Shown here one piece after another: positions 31,066 through 42,209 of a DNA stretch of 64,000 nucleotides. The notes beneath the pieces were generated by a model. It was given only the letters and a program-made list of their open reading frames with translations, did not search any database and was not told where the DNA came from. The DNA is taken from the NCBI GenBank assembly GCA_900757185.1, contig CAAEMX010000060.1, positions 72,610 through 136,609 on the forward strand, read 5' to 3'. Position numbers and translations under genes: made by a program. Every line of letters begins with the position of its first letter. Within the stretch, counting starts at the first letter, position 1. This DNA is from an uncultured Collinsella sp. Lineage in GTDB: Bacteria; Actinomycetota; Coriobacteriia; Coriobacteriales; Coriobacteriaceae.

Positions 31066-32286
31066 GTGGGTAACCACTTCCGTACCTCCGGTGCGGGCGA
31101 TGATGCCCCCAAGACGCAGACGGGCGTCCAGGGCAGTCGTTTCGCCACTCCGGATTCAGAGGGCCAGCCTGTTGCTCAGGCCCCCGCTCAGCCGGCAGAT
31201 CAGGCACAGCCGGCATCCGATCCCTTTGCCTACAATCCCACCAGCGATGTCGCGCTTTCCGGCACGGCGGGTTTTGAGCCCGTTCAGGCCGTGACCGCTC
31301 GCGTGGAGCAGCCTCAGGCTGGCGCCGCCACGCCGCAGCCTACCATGGCCGGCATTCCCGACCCCATGGCCCCCGCGACGCCGGTTCCTCAGCCTGCGCA
31401 GTCCGGTCTCTTTGCCGCTATTCCCGATCCCACGCAGCCTGCTGCCCCGGTGGTCGAGAGCGATCAGGCCGCCGAGGTCGCAAGCCTCGATAACGCGCTC
31501 AACAACCCCGATTTTACGTCGGTGTTTGCGCCCATCGATCCGCAAGCCAGCCGCAAGAAGATGGCCAAGCAGGCCGGTGTCGAGCCCGTCATCCTTATGG
31601 AGCATGTCACCAAGATCTATCCGGCACAGCCCAACAAGCCTGCACTCGACGACATCAACATCGAGATCTATCCGGGCGAGTTCGTCTTCCTGGTCGGTCA
31701 TTCCGGCTCGGGTAAGACCACGCTGCTGTCGACGCTCAACCGCGACGTCAAGCCGACGAGCGGCCGCATCTTGGTTGCCGGTCAGGACCTCATGAAGATC
31801 AAGAACCGCAAGGTTCCGTTCCTGCGCCGCCAGATTGGCGCCGTGTTCCAGGACTTTAAGCTTCTGCCGCAAAAGACCGCCTACGAAAACGTGGCGTTTG
31901 CCCTGCAGTGCATCGGCAAGCCCAAGGGCGTTATTCGCAGCCAGGTGCCGGAGGTGCTGCGTCTGGTCGGTCTGGCCGATCAGATGGACTCGCTGCCCGA
32001 CCAGCTTTCCGGTGGCGAGCAGCAGCGCGTCGCCGTCGCCCGCGCTATGGTCAACCGTCCGCCGCTGCTGATCTGCGACGAGCCCACGGGTAACCTCGAC
32101 CCGGCGATCTCGCTGGGCATCATGAAGCTGCTCGAGCGTATTAACCGCACCGGCACCACCGTGATCGTCGCCACGCACGACCGCGAGATGGTCGATAGCA
32201 TGCACCGTCGCGTGATCGCCCTCGAGGGCGGCCACGTTATCCGCGACCAGGAGAGGGGAGGTTACGGCAACTATGGCACCAACTAA
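31066..32286 (+). CDS. ftsE: Cell division ATP-binding protein FtsE with about 180-aa Pro/Ala/Gln-rich N-terminal extension (GTG start)
   Basis: Walker A GHSGSGKTTLL, signature LSGGEQQRVAVARA and Walker B LLICDEPTGNLD. An AAGGAG RBS lies 5 nt before GTG. Confidence 0.85.
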   Translation: MGNHFRTSGAGDDAPKTQTGVQGSRFATPDSEGQPVAQAPAQPADQAQPASDPFAYNPTSDVALSGTAGFEPVQAVTARVEQPQAGAATPQPTMAGIPDPMAPATPVPQPAQSGLFAAIPDPTQPAAPVVESDQAAEVASLDNALNNPDFTSVFAPIDPQASRKKMAKQAGVEPVILMEHVTKIYPAQPNKPALDDINIEIYPGEFVFLVGHSGSGKTTLLSTLNRDVKPTSGRILVAGQDLMKIKNRKVPFLRRQIGAVFQDFKLLPQKTAYENVAFALQCIGKPKGVIRSQVPEVLRLVGLADQMDSLPDQLSGGEQQRVAVARAMVNRPPLLICDEPTGNLDPAISLGIMKLLERINRTGTTVIVATHDREMVDSMHRRVIALEGGHVIRDQERGGYGNYGTN

Positions 32287-33193
32287 CGTGGGCTACTCCT
32301 TCAAAGAGGCAATCAGTCACTTCTTCCGTAACTGGACTACCTCGCTCGGCGCCGTCATCACGATCTTCCTTTCGCTGTTTATCATCGGCCTGTTCATCAT
32401 GGGCTCCGCGATGCTGAACTCCGTGATCGGCACCGTCGAGGATCAGGTTGTCATCAACGCGTTCATTAGCGATGACGCCGATCAGGCCGATGTTCAGGCT
32501 TTTGAGGCCGAGCTTAAGACGTGGAATAACGTCAAGTCCGTGACCTATAAGGACAAGGACGACGCGCTGGCCGAGTATACGAGCAAGATGTCGGGCAACG
32601 CCGACGCCACCATGAGCGCGCTCGATGGCCAGAACCCGCTGCCGGCTTCGTTTGCAATTGAGATGGACGATCCGTCCAAGGTCGAGAGCACGGCCCAGAA
32701 GCTCAAGAAGAACGCCGACTTCCAGAAGATCGCGGATGACGGCGACGTCAACGCGAGCGTGCTGTACGGCCAGGAGGAAGTGAGCCGCCTGTTCCAGGTG
32801 ACCAACTACATCCGCATCGCCGCCGTGGTGCTCGTTGGCCTTTTGACCTTTATCGCATTCATCTTCATCAACAACACGATTCGCCTGTCCATCACGGCGC
32901 GTCGTCGTGAGATTGCGATTATGCGTCTGGTCGGCGCCAGCAACGGCTTCATTCGCGGCCCGTTTATCACCGAGGGCGTACTGCAGGCCATTTTGGGCTC
33001 GCTGCTTTCCATCGGCGTTCTGGAGCTGCTGCGCAATCTGATGATTCCGCGTTTGCAGGAGAGCATCGGCTGGATGTCGTTTGCCCTGCCGATGCAGTAC
33101 TACCTGGTGACCTATGCTGCGCTGATTCTGGTCGGCGTGATTATCGGTCTCTTTGGTTCTGCCATCGCCATGCGCCGCTACCTGCGCGTGTAG
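32273..33193 (+). CDS. ftsX: Cell division permease FtsX
   Basis: Four TM helices with a large extracellular loop. It overlaps the ftsE 3' end by 14 nt. Confidence 0.85.
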   Translation: MAPTNVGYSFKEAISHFFRNWTTSLGAVITIFLSLFIIGLFIMGSAMLNSVIGTVEDQVVINAFISDDADQADVQAFEAELKTWNNVKSVTYKDKDDALAEYTSKMSGNADATMSALDGQNPLPASFAIEMDDPSKVESTAQKLKKNADFQKIADDGDVNASVLYGQEEVSRLFQVTNYIRIAAVVLVGLLTFIAFIFINNTIRLSITARRREIAIMRLVGASNGFIRGPFITEGVLQAILGSLLSIGVLELLRNLMIPRLQESIGWMSFALPMQYYLVTYAALILVGVIIGLFGSAIAMRRYLRV

Positions 33194-33218
33194 GCATGCC
33201 TGGAATTCATCCCTTCCA

Positions 33219-33251
33219 ACGGGTCGTCTCTTGCGGGGCGGCCCGTTTTTT
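33219..33251 (+). terminator. Terminator after ftsX
   Basis: aacgggtcg-tctcttgcgggg-cggcccgtt followed by TTTT. Confidence 0.55.
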
Positions 33252-33328
33252 GATCCCTAGGGGACGGCAGGAAAACGGATCATTTGGGTAGACTCTTTGG
33301 AGTTCGCAATCGATAGTTAGGAGGCGCC

Positions 33329-35464
33329 ATGGGGCGCAATAACAAGCATAAGCGTGGAGCTCGCAATAAGCGCGGGCCGGTGCGCAGCGAACGCCGTCCG
33401 AGCCTGACCGGGCGCGTGCAGCTCCATGAGCATAGCGCCTACGTTGTAACCGAAAACGGCGACTACAAGGTCATGGGCCGCGGTAAGCGCGAGATCATGG
33501 ATGGCGATACCGTAGCCGTGAGCATTAAGAACAGCCCGCACGGTGAGCGGCGCGCCGTGATCGAAGGCGTGGTTGAGCGCGCAGCCATAAGCGTGGTGGG
33601 TACGTACCAGACCGCTGGTCCGCTCGGTGTGATCGAGCCGCTCGATTCGCGCCTGAAGGCCGACTTCTTCATTCTGCCCGAGGATACCTCGGCGGATCGT
33701 CTGGGCGTTCACCCGGGTGATGCCGTTGTCGCGCGCATTTTGACCTACCCGACGCGCCTGGAATCGGGCACCGTGACGATCGAACGCCGCATTGGCGGAG
33801 ATGACGCGCCCGATTTGGGCGTTCAATACGTGATGGCGCGTTACGGCTATACCGATAGCTATCCCGAGGCCGCGCTGGACGAGGCCGAGGGGCTTTCGCT
33901 CGATGTGTCCGCGGCGCTTAAGGACCCGCTCCGCCGCGATCTGCGCGACCGCTTTGTTATCACGATCGACCCGGTCGACGCGCGCGACTTTGACGATGCC
34001 ATTTCGCTTGAGCGCACGCCCGAGGGTGGCTACAAGCTGGGTGTGCATATCGCTGACGTTTCTCACTATGTGGCTTGGGACGGGCATATCGATCTTGAGG
34101 CTCGCCATCGTACGACATCGGTGTATCTGGCCGATCGCGTGCTTCCCATGCTGCCCGAACGCCTGTCCTGTGACCTGTGTTCGCTTCGCCCTGACGAGGA
34201 CCGTCTTGCGTTTACCGTTGACATTGAACTCGATGCGCAGGGTCGCGTGCGGCATTACGATCCGTACCCCAGCGTGATTCGCTCGCGTGTGCGTATGGAC
34301 TATGACGGCGCCGAGGCGCTGCTGGTGCGTGCCGGCGCGGTGGAGTATGGGGTGCTGGAGGGTGCGGCCGAGGATGTTGCGGCTGCTGAGGCCTCGCGCG
34401 AGGAGGCGCTTGAGCGCGGTCTTGCGTGCGAGGAAACTGCTCGCGGCTATAACGTCGACCTCGGCGATTTTCTTGTCGCCGCCAACGAACTCGCCGAACT
34501 TCGCCGTCGTATTCGTCGTGCCCGCGGCTCAGTCGATTTTGACACGGCCGAGATTCGCGCTCTATTGGATGAGGACGGAGTACCCGTGCAGATTGTGGCG
34601 CGCGAGCGTTCGTGTGCCACGTCGCTTATCGAGGAAGCCATGCTGCTCGCCAACGAGTGCGTTGCAGAGTGGCTGGCAGACCGTGATATCGAGGCCTGCT
34701 ATCGCGTGCATGAGGATCCGAGCCCCGATAGCCTGCACGGTGCCGCCGTTGCGCTGGCGCAGCTGGGCATCATCGACGATCGCCGTGCTGCCGGTATCGC
34801 CCTGGGGAGTCCCGATGAGCTACAGGCTGCAGTTGATGCTGCCGCCGGTACGGCCAACGCACCGCTCGTCAACACGCTGCTTCTGCGCAGCATGCAGCGC
34901 GCACTGTACAAGCCGCGCAACGAGGGCCACTTTGCGCTCGCCGCGCCGTGCTACTGTCACTTTACGAGTCCCATCCGTCGCTACCCCGATCTGGTGGTGC
35001 ACCGCGTGCTCAAACTGCAGTTGGCCTATGAGCAGCTCGGCGGCAAGGACGCCCTGGTCCGTACACCGCGGCTGATCGGCAAGGGGCGCGAGTCGCTGCC
35101 GCGCATTCTGCCGCAGATCTGCCGCGCATGCAGCGATGCCGAGCGCGCGGCAGATGCCGCTAGCCATGCGACGCAAAAGATCAAGATTGCCCAGTACTAT
35201 GAGGATCGCCTGGGCGAGCGCTATGCCGGAACGGTCTCATGGGTCAGCAGCATGGGCCTCTTTGTGCGCTTGGACCTGACGCAGGTCGAAGGCTTGGTTT
35301 CGATCAAGAGCCTGGGCAACGAGTGGTTCGAGTTCGACGAGGATGCGCTCACGCTCACAGGTGCCGACACGGGGACTCGCTATGAACTGGGTCAGCGCGT
35401 GATTATCGAGGTCTCGCGCGTCAATACCACGCGTGGGCACTTGGACTTTAAGCTTATCCATTAG
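33329..35464 (+). CDS. rnr: Ribonuclease R
   Basis: Cold-shock/OB N-domains, an RNB catalytic domain (DPVDARDFDDAISL) and a C-terminal S1 domain. A TAGGAGG RBS precedes the start. Confidence 0.9.
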   Translation: MGRNNKHKRGARNKRGPVRSERRPSLTGRVQLHEHSAYVVTENGDYKVMGRGKREIMDGDTVAVSIKNSPHGERRAVIEGVVERAAISVVGTYQTAGPLGVIEPLDSRLKADFFILPEDTSADRLGVHPGDAVVARILTYPTRLESGTVTIERRIGGDDAPDLGVQYVMARYGYTDSYPEAALDEAEGLSLDVSAALKDPLRRDLRDRFVITIDPVDARDFDDAISLERTPEGGYKLGVHIADVSHYVAWDGHIDLEARHRTTSVYLADRVLPMLPERLSCDLCSLRPDEDRLAFTVDIELDAQGRVRHYDPYPSVIRSRVRMDYDGAEALLVRAGAVEYGVLEGAAEDVAAAEASREEALERGLACEETARGYNVDLGDFLVAANELAELRRRIRRARGSVDFDTAEIRALLDEDGVPVQIVARERSCATSLIEEAMLLANECVAEWLADRDIEACYRVHEDPSPDSLHGAAVALAQLGIIDDRRAAGIALGSPDELQAAVDAAAGTANAPLVNTLLLRSMQRALYKPRNEGHFALAAPCYCHFTSPIRRYPDLVVHRVLKLQLAYEQLGGKDALVRTPRLIGKGRESLPRILPQICRACSDAERAADAASHATQKIKIAQYYEDRLGERYAGTVSWVSSMGLFVRLDLTQVEGLVSIKSLGNEWFEFDEDALTLTGADTGTRYELGQRVIIEVSRVNTTRGHLDFKLIH

Positions 35465-35488
35465 CCAAATCTCGACTCATGGCGGGAG

Positions 35489-35521
35489 AGCGGAGGGCGG
35501 TCTTTCGGGGCCGCCCTCCGC
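35489..35521 (+). terminator. Terminator hairpin after rnr
   Basis: gcggagggcgg-tctttcgg-ggccgccctccgc. Confidence 0.5.
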
Positions 35522-35585
35522 ATTTGGATCATGGCTACCTTGCCGTCTGCTCGGCCGCCCGCTTACCTGCTATTCGAGAGGTAAA

Positions 35586-35620
35586 ACCTACCAAAATAAA
35601 CCTGTCCCTTTTTGGCAGGT
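35586..35620. repeat. ACCTGTCCC-loop hairpin (family copy C) immediately upstream of the serine recombinase gene
   Basis: acctaccaaaa-taaACCTGTCCC-ttttggcaggt. Confidence 0.65.
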
Positions 35621-35641
35621 TTACAAGAAAGCGGGGATGAG

Positions 35642-36247
35642 ATGGCGACGGTGTATGGTTATGCGCGGGTGAGTTCGCGCGATCAGAATCTTAATCGGCA
35701 GCTGGATGCGCTGGGCGCCTATGGCGTGGGCTCGGCGAATATTTATGCCGACCATGCGAGCGGCAAGGACTTCGATCGACCGCGCTATCGCGAGCTGCTG
35801 CACGTCCTGGGAGACGGGGACGTGCTGGTGGTGCTTTCTATCGACCGACTTGGTCGTAATTACTCCGAGATTCTTGAGGAATGGCGTCGCATTACCAAGG
35901 AGCTCGGGGTTGCCATTGTGGTGTTGGACATGCCATTGCTTGACACGCGCGCCAGGGCAAGCGGCACGCCGGATGTGACTAATACCCTGATTGCCGATAT
36001 TGTGCTGCAACTGCTGAGCTACGTGGCGCAGGTGGAGCGCGAGAATATCCATCGGCGCCAAGCGGAGGGAATTGCAGCGGCGCGGGCGCGAGGGGTCCGT
36101 TTCGGTCGACCTCGCAAGCCGTGCCCTCCTCAGTTTGATCTGGTACGCGATAGCTATGAGGCGGGCAGTATTACCCGCAGCCAGGCAGCAAAGTGCCTGG
36201 GCGTGTGCGTGGGGACGTTCGATCGCTGGATGCGCGAGGCGGGGTAG
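35642..36247 (+). CDS. Small serine recombinase (resolvase/invertase family)
   Basis: YGYARVSSRDQNLNRQLDAL has the catalytic Ser in the first 10 residues of the resolvase N-domain, followed by a C-terminal HTH (GSITRSQAAKCLGV). Confidence 0.85.
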   Translation: MATVYGYARVSSRDQNLNRQLDALGAYGVGSANIYADHASGKDFDRPRYRELLHVLGDGDVLVVLSIDRLGRNYSEILEEWRRITKELGVAIVVLDMPLLDTRARASGTPDVTNTLIADIVLQLLSYVAQVERENIHRRQAEGIAAARARGVRFGRPRKPCPPQFDLVRDSYEAGSITRSQAAKCLGVCVGTFDRWMREAG

Positions 36248-36286
36248 GGGTTTGCGGCACGTCCGATTGGCGCCCACGCGAGGCGG

Positions 36287-36312
36287 TATCGGTAACAGCC
36301 CTGTTACCGATA
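36287..36312. other. Perfect 26-bp palindrome (12-bp arms + CC core) 40 bp downstream of the recombinase gene; candidate crossover site
   Basis: tatcggtaacag-cc-ctgttaccgata. Confidence 0.45.
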
Positions 36313-36492
36313 ATGCGACCTCGTTGAATTATTTTGTGTCGTGCGTATTTCCGAGCGGTCGGATTTGAGGGGCGAGCGGTAGAACGCTCGCCCTTTGTGC
36401 GCCACGATGCGGCACAATGTACCGCAAAAGCTGTTTGTATCCGGTACGAATCGTTCGTTGGTCTTTAATTCTTCTCAACGGAGGTGTTTGAG

Positions 36493-37344
36493 ATGGCAAA
36501 CGGATTGCTTTTGCGGCTTCGCGAGCGTGAGCTCAGCGCGAGCCCGGCGGAACGCAATGTCATCGCATATGTAAGCGCTCATCCGCACGAGGTGGTCGGG
36601 CTGTCCGTCCGCGGTCTTGCCGATGTCACGTTCTCCTCGCCCTCGAGCATTTTGCGCTTTTGCAAGCGTTTGGGTTTTGCGGGCTACAAGGAGTTCCAGC
36701 GCGAACTGATTGCCGAGCTGGCGCTCTTAGGTGACAAGAAAGACGTAGCCCTCGAGGACATCTCCATGGATGACAGCGTCGAACGTATCGTGGGGAAGGT
36801 GATGAAAAGCAACGTGCGCACGATCGAGGCGACGGCACGAACGCTCGATTACACCGTCTTGGAGCGATGCGCGGCCCGTCTTAAGCGAGCACGCGCGGTC
36901 AATCTGTTCGGTATTGGTGCCTCCCGTTTGGTTGCGCACGATCTGGCGCAAAAGCTCATGCGTGTCGACAAAGAGTGCCATCTGTACGACGACTGGCATG
37001 ATCAGCTCTTATGTGCCAAGAACATGCATGAGGGCGATATGGCAATCGCCTTTAGCTACTCGGGCTTGACGCAAGAGGTGCTGGACTGCACCGCCGAGGC
37101 TCAACGTCACAACTGTCCCGTTGTGGCCGTTACCAAAGTAGATGGATCATCTAAGCTTGCCACCATGGCCGATGCCGTGCTCGGCGTCGCTGCGAGTGAA
37201 CCCTTGGTCCGTAGCGGTGCCATGGCTTCGCGTATGGCCCAGCTTATGGTTGTCGATGCCCTGTACGCTGCTTACGTTGCCAGCGACTACGAACGGGCGA
37301 CGCATGTCATTAAGCAAAACTACATCGAGAAACAGGAAAGATGA
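36493..37344 (+). CDS. murR: MurR/RpiR-family transcriptional regulator (HTH + SIS domain)
   Basis: HTH_6 N-domain and a C-terminal SIS domain. It lies upstream of murQ-murP. Confidence 0.8.
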   Translation: MANGLLLRLRERELSASPAERNVIAYVSAHPHEVVGLSVRGLADVTFSSPSSILRFCKRLGFAGYKEFQRELIAELALLGDKKDVALEDISMDDSVERIVGKVMKSNVRTIEATARTLDYTVLERCAARLKRARAVNLFGIGASRLVAHDLAQKLMRVDKECHLYDDWHDQLLCAKNMHEGDMAIAFSYSGLTQEVLDCTAEAQRHNCPVVAVTKVDGSSKLATMADAVLGVAASEPLVRSGAMASRMAQLMVVDALYAAYVASDYERATHVIKQNYIEKQER

Positions 37345-37354
37345 GGTGAATGAA

Positions 37355-38278
<924 letters not shown>

Positions 38279-38335
38279 GTGCGCGGCGTGAGCTGATATG
38301 ACATCCAGACGAGATACCCAATACAAGGAGGAGTT

Positions 38336-39766
38336 ATGACGAACAAAGAGCTGGCTCAAAAGCTGCTGGACCTTTTGGGCGGTAAAGACAACGTGCTCGC
38401 AAACGCGGCGTGCATGACGCGCCTGCGCGTGACCGTCAAAGACACGGGCAGCGTCGACACGGAGGGTATTGAGGCACTCGACGGCGTGATGGGCTTGGTC
38501 GAGGACGACACGATGCAGATCGTGCTGGGTCCGGGCAAGGTGAATAAGGTGCTCGAGGAGTTCTCCAAGCTCACCGGCCTTGCGAAAGGCGTTGCCGACG
38601 AGAGCGTGGTTGACGCTGCGGCCACAAACAAGGCCGCGCAGAAGGCAAAGTACGAGTCCAAGCCGGTTCAGGCCTTCCTCAAGAAGATTTCCAATGTCTT
38701 CGTCGCCCTGCTTCCCGGCATCATTGCGGCTGGCCTCATCAACGGTATCTGCAACGTCATTAACGTCTCGACGGCAGGCGCGCTTGCAGGCGAGTGGTGG
38801 TACCAGGGCATTCGTTCCATGGGCTGGGCCCTGTTTGCCTATCTACCCATCTTGGTGGGCTATAACGCGGCACGTGAGTTTGGCGGCTCCGCTGCGCTGG
38901 GCGGCATCGCCGGCATGATGTGTATCGCCAACAGTGCCATGCCCCTGCTTGCGCCTGGCGCGGCTGATCCTGCTACTGCCATTCTGCTGCCGCTCACCAA
39001 TGCGCAGTACAACCCCGCAGCGGGCGGCATGATCGCGGCTCTTATCGCTGGCGCATTTTTTGCCTGGATGGAGCGTCAGATTCGCAAGGTTATGCCCAAC
39101 GCACTCGACACGTTCTTGTCCCCGCTGCTGGTGCTCATCATCGGCGCCTTTGCTCTGATGCTCGTCATCCAGCCGGTTGGCGCATGGCTGACGACTGCCA
39201 TCTTTAGCGTTTTGACCTTTATCTTCGAGAAGCTGGGCGTCCTGGGCGGCTATATCCTGTCGGCAGGCTTCTTGCCGCTGGTTTCCGTCGGCCTGCATCA
39301 GGCGCTCACGCCGATCCACGCTATGCTCAACGATCCCGACGGTGCTACCAAGGGTATCAATTACCTGCTTCCCATCCTTATGATGGCTGGCGGCGGCCAG
39401 GTCGGTGCCGGTCTGGCGCTGTACTTTAAGACCAAGAACGCCAAGCTCAAGAAGTACGTCGCAGAGTCCATTCCCGTTGGAATCCTGGGTGTGGGCGAGC
39501 CTCTGATGTATGCCGTTACGCTGCCGCTCGTTCGTCCGTTTGTGACGGCCTGCCTGGGTGCCGGATTTGGCGGCGCGCTCGCGGCGCTGCTTCACATCGG
39601 CACGGTTTCTCAGGGCGTTTCCGGTCTGTTTGGCCTGCTGATCGTCGTTCCTGGCCAGCAGCTCGGCTACGTTGCCGCTATGCTGCTTGCCTATGCCGCC
39701 GGCTTTGTCCTGACGTGGTTCTTTGGCGTCGACGAGCAGAAGATCAATGAGTTCTTTGGCGAGTAG
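38336..39766 (+). CDS. murP: PTS system EIIBC component, N-acetylmuramic acid-type
   Basis: EIIB with NAACMTRLR (phospho-Cys) followed by a 10-TM EIIC domain. A GGAGGAG RBS precedes the start. Confidence 0.8.
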   Translation: MTNKELAQKLLDLLGGKDNVLANAACMTRLRVTVKDTGSVDTEGIEALDGVMGLVEDDTMQIVLGPGKVNKVLEEFSKLTGLAKGVADESVVDAAATNKAAQKAKYESKPVQAFLKKISNVFVALLPGIIAAGLINGICNVINVSTAGALAGEWWYQGIRSMGWALFAYLPILVGYNAAREFGGSAALGGIAGMMCIANSAMPLLAPGAADPATAILLPLTNAQYNPAAGGMIAALIAGAFFAWMERQIRKVMPNALDTFLSPLLVLIIGAFALMLVIQPVGAWLTTAIFSVLTFIFEKLGVLGGYILSAGFLPLVSVGLHQALTPIHAMLNDPDGATKGINYLLPILMMAGGGQVGAGLALYFKTKNAKLKKYVAESIPVGILGVGEPLMYAVTLPLVRPFVTACLGAGFGGALAALLHIGTVSQGVSGLFGLLIVVPGQQLGYVAAMLLAYAAGFVLTWFFGVDEQKINEFFGE

Positions 39767-39883
39767 TTTGATATCGTGAGCCGTGTTGCTCGGGGTTCGC
39801 GGCGCGCGGCAGATTTCTTGATGCTATGGTTGTGCCGGCGGGGCTAACTGCTCCGCCGGCCTTTTTTAAAGGAGCGTTGTAGC

Positions 39884-40936
39884 GTGAAAACGGGTATTTC
39901 GATTTATCTTTCCAGCCCTTTGCAGGATATTGAGCGGACGATTGAGCGTGGTGCCGCGGCGGGTGCGCGCTACGCGTTCACCTCACTGCATATTCCCGAG
40001 GATGGGGGAGCGGCGTATGCCGATAAGGTCCGTCATGTGCTGTCGCTGCTCTCCGCCCGCGGCATTGCGCTCATTGCCGATGTGGGGCCTCGCACGTGCG
40101 AGTTGCTCGGGCTTGAGCGCATCGAGGACCTGCGCGATCTGGGGTTGGAATACCTTCGTTTGGACTATGGCTTTAGCGCCCAACGGGTCGCGGAGCTGTC
40201 CGGTGTATTTCGCATAGTGGTCAATGCATCGACGGTGAGTTCTGATGAAATCGCATCGTGGCGTGAGGCCGGTGCCGATGTGACTCGTTTTGCCGCCTGC
40301 CACAATTTTTACCCCAAGCCTTATACCGGTTTAGCTCTGGAGGACATTGCTCGGGTGAATCTTCGTCTTGCGGCGCTTGGATTCGAAATCATGGCTTTTG
40401 TGCCGGGTGATGCCAACGTTCGCGGGCCGGTATTCGAGGGACTGCCGACGGTCGAGGCGCAGCGCGGCCGCGCGTCAAAGGTTGCCCTCAACATGCTTGA
40501 GCTTGCACATGGCGCCGATTGCGACATTGTGTTGGTCGGCGACCCCGATCTTTCCGATGCGGGCTGGACGCAGTTTGCTCATGTTTCCGCCGGATACGTG
40601 GACCTGCAATGCGAGCTTGAGCCCGGTTATGCCTATGTACGTGGGCAGATTCATCACGACCGACCCGATTCGAGCACCCTCATCTTTAGGTCTCAGGAGT
40701 CGCGTACGACGCTTAAGCCGGATTCCGTGCCGATGGATGCCGGTGCCGGCCTGTCACGAAAGACGGGGTCGATCGCTGTGAGCAATAGCGGCTATGGGCG
40801 CTACGAAGGCGAGCTTGAGATTGCGCGGGTCGATCTTCCCGGTGACGAGCGCATGAACGTTGCGGGTCATATCACGCCCGAGGCAATGGAGCTGCTGCCG
40901 TTCATCAAACGCGGATTCGGGGTACGGTTCGTTTAG
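39884..40936 (+). CDS. DUF871-family protein (MupG-like 6-phospho-N-acetylmuramidase), GTG start
   Basis: MKTGISIYLSS... at the N-terminus, located at the end of the MurNAc cluster. An AAAGGAG RBS precedes the start. Confidence 0.65.
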   Translation: MKTGISIYLSSPLQDIERTIERGAAAGARYAFTSLHIPEDGGAAYADKVRHVLSLLSARGIALIADVGPRTCELLGLERIEDLRDLGLEYLRLDYGFSAQRVAELSGVFRIVVNASTVSSDEIASWREAGADVTRFAACHNFYPKPYTGLALEDIARVNLRLAALGFEIMAFVPGDANVRGPVFEGLPTVEAQRGRASKVALNMLELAHGADCDIVLVGDPDLSDAGWTQFAHVSAGYVDLQCELEPGYAYVRGQIHHDRPDSSTLIFRSQESRTTLKPDSVPMDAGAGLSRKTGSIAVSNSGYGRYEGELEIARVDLPGDERMNVAGHITPEAMELLPFIKRGFGVRFV

Positions 40937-41028
40937 CGTGTGACCCGTGGGCTACAATTGGCCCATCATGCGAAGGCGCCTCGTGTGGCGTGTGCCTGCG
41001 TTGGCCGATCTATATTCGGAGGATTTCC

Positions 41029-41388
41029 ATGACCGTACTGTTTGTTGAATATCCCAAGTGCTCGACCTGTAAGAAGGCCAAGGCATGGCTGGACGAACAC
41101 GGGGTAGAGTATATCGACCGCGATATCGTTTTGGACAATCCCACGGCTGATGAGCTTGCGACCTGGATTGCTCGTTCGGGACTGCCGGTGCGGCGCTTCT
41201 TTAATTCGTCGGGCATGAAATATCGAGAGCTGGGCCTGAAGGCGCGTCTAGATGCGGGCATGACGGATCGGGAGTGCTACGAGCTGCTGGCGACCGACGG
41301 CATGCTGGTCAAGCGTCCGCTGTTGGTGGGCGACGACTTTGCGATTCCCGGCTTTAGGGAATCGGCTTGGGTCGAGGCGTTGCTGTAG
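41029..41388 (+). CDS. Spx/ArsC-family protein (CxxC thioredoxin-like fold)
   Basis: YPKCSTCKKAKAWLDEHGVEY is the N-terminal CxxC typical of the ArsC/Spx family. Confidence 0.7.
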   Translation: MTVLFVEYPKCSTCKKAKAWLDEHGVEYIDRDIVLDNPTADELATWIARSGLPVRRFFNSSGMKYRELGLKARLDAGMTDRECYELLATDGMLVKRPLLVGDDFAIPGFRESAWVEALL

Positions 41389-41522
41389 CGGCTGCGGAAA
41401 GTGCGACCCGTTTTGAGCTTCGATTACGGGATACGGTTTCCGGTTGAGGGCTCGATGGGAAAGTGGGGACCGGTTTGAGCTTGAAATCTGGGACGCACTT
41501 TCCGCCGGCAGGCTTGCCCCAG

Positions 41523-41933
41523 TCAGTCCTCCAACTGCGCCCATTCGTGCGGATCGTAGACCTTTACGTGCTTGTTGGGCTTGCCGCTCCAGTACTCCTC
41601 GTCCATAAAGGGCAGATATGCCTGAACGCCGGGGCAGATAAAGGGGATCCGCTGCTGTTGCAGTCGCTCGCGCTGGCGCTGCTCCAGGTGCGCCTCGGAT
41701 ATGACGGTCGGCATACCGGACAGCTCGACGAGGCTTGCCTGGATTCGCTTAAGGTCGGGGAGTCCCGCGTGCCATGACATCCGCATGATCAAAAAGGATG
41801 CACGGCGGTATTTTGCCTGCATCACCGTGATGGCGGGGCGCAGAGTGGGATGGATTTTGTCCCGTTCGGGCCAAAGGTCAGCAGTGATCTCGAGGCCCAG
41901 GGTCTCCCATAGGTAATCAAGCTCTTCGTCCAT
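41523..41933 (-). CDS. Hypothetical protein
   Basis: A 136-aa ORF with reasonable codon usage; no family recognised. Confidence 0.35.
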   Translation of the reverse strand: MDEELDYLWETLGLEITADLWPERDKIHPTLRPAITVMQAKYRRASFLIMRMSWHAGLPDLKRIQASLVELSGMPTVISEAHLEQRQRERLQQQRIPFICPGVQAYLPFMDEEYWSGKPNKHVKVYDPHEWAQLED

Positions 41934-42136
41934 GGCGCCTCGATATCTACGTGATCATTGATGCTTCGATTGTGTTGCCTGGTGCTATCGTTTTCGCGGT
42001 AGAATCTGCCAACGGTTGACGGCTACCGCTCGCGGCGTTTTGCCCTTCGTGTACAGCGGTCGGCTTCACAGGTCCTTCACGGGTTGGACTAAATTAGGCC
42101 AATTTGACTGAATTTTAAAAAAGTCAAAATTGGGGC

Positions 42137-42165
42137 TTGCGTCACGGCGGTACTTCCCGTATATT
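42137..42165 (+). promoter_or_regulatory. Candidate sigma-70-like promoter for the tRNA pair
   Basis: TTGCGT-17 nt-TATATT lies about 45 nt upstream of tRNA-Gln, preceded by an AT-rich UP-like region. Confidence 0.4.
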
Positions 42166-42209
42166 TCTTTCTTGCGCAAAGGCACAGCCGAGCGCAGCGA
42201 TGCAGTCAT

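Noticed and set aside
35586-35620. Hairpins B (23494) and C (35586) as a directly repeated res/att pair for the serine recombinase
   Set aside because: Deletion or inversion of the intervening 12 kb would remove or disrupt secA, prfB, tkt, ftsEX and rnr, which are essential genes. The same hairpin family also occurs far from any recombinase, so a structural or REP-like role is more plausible.
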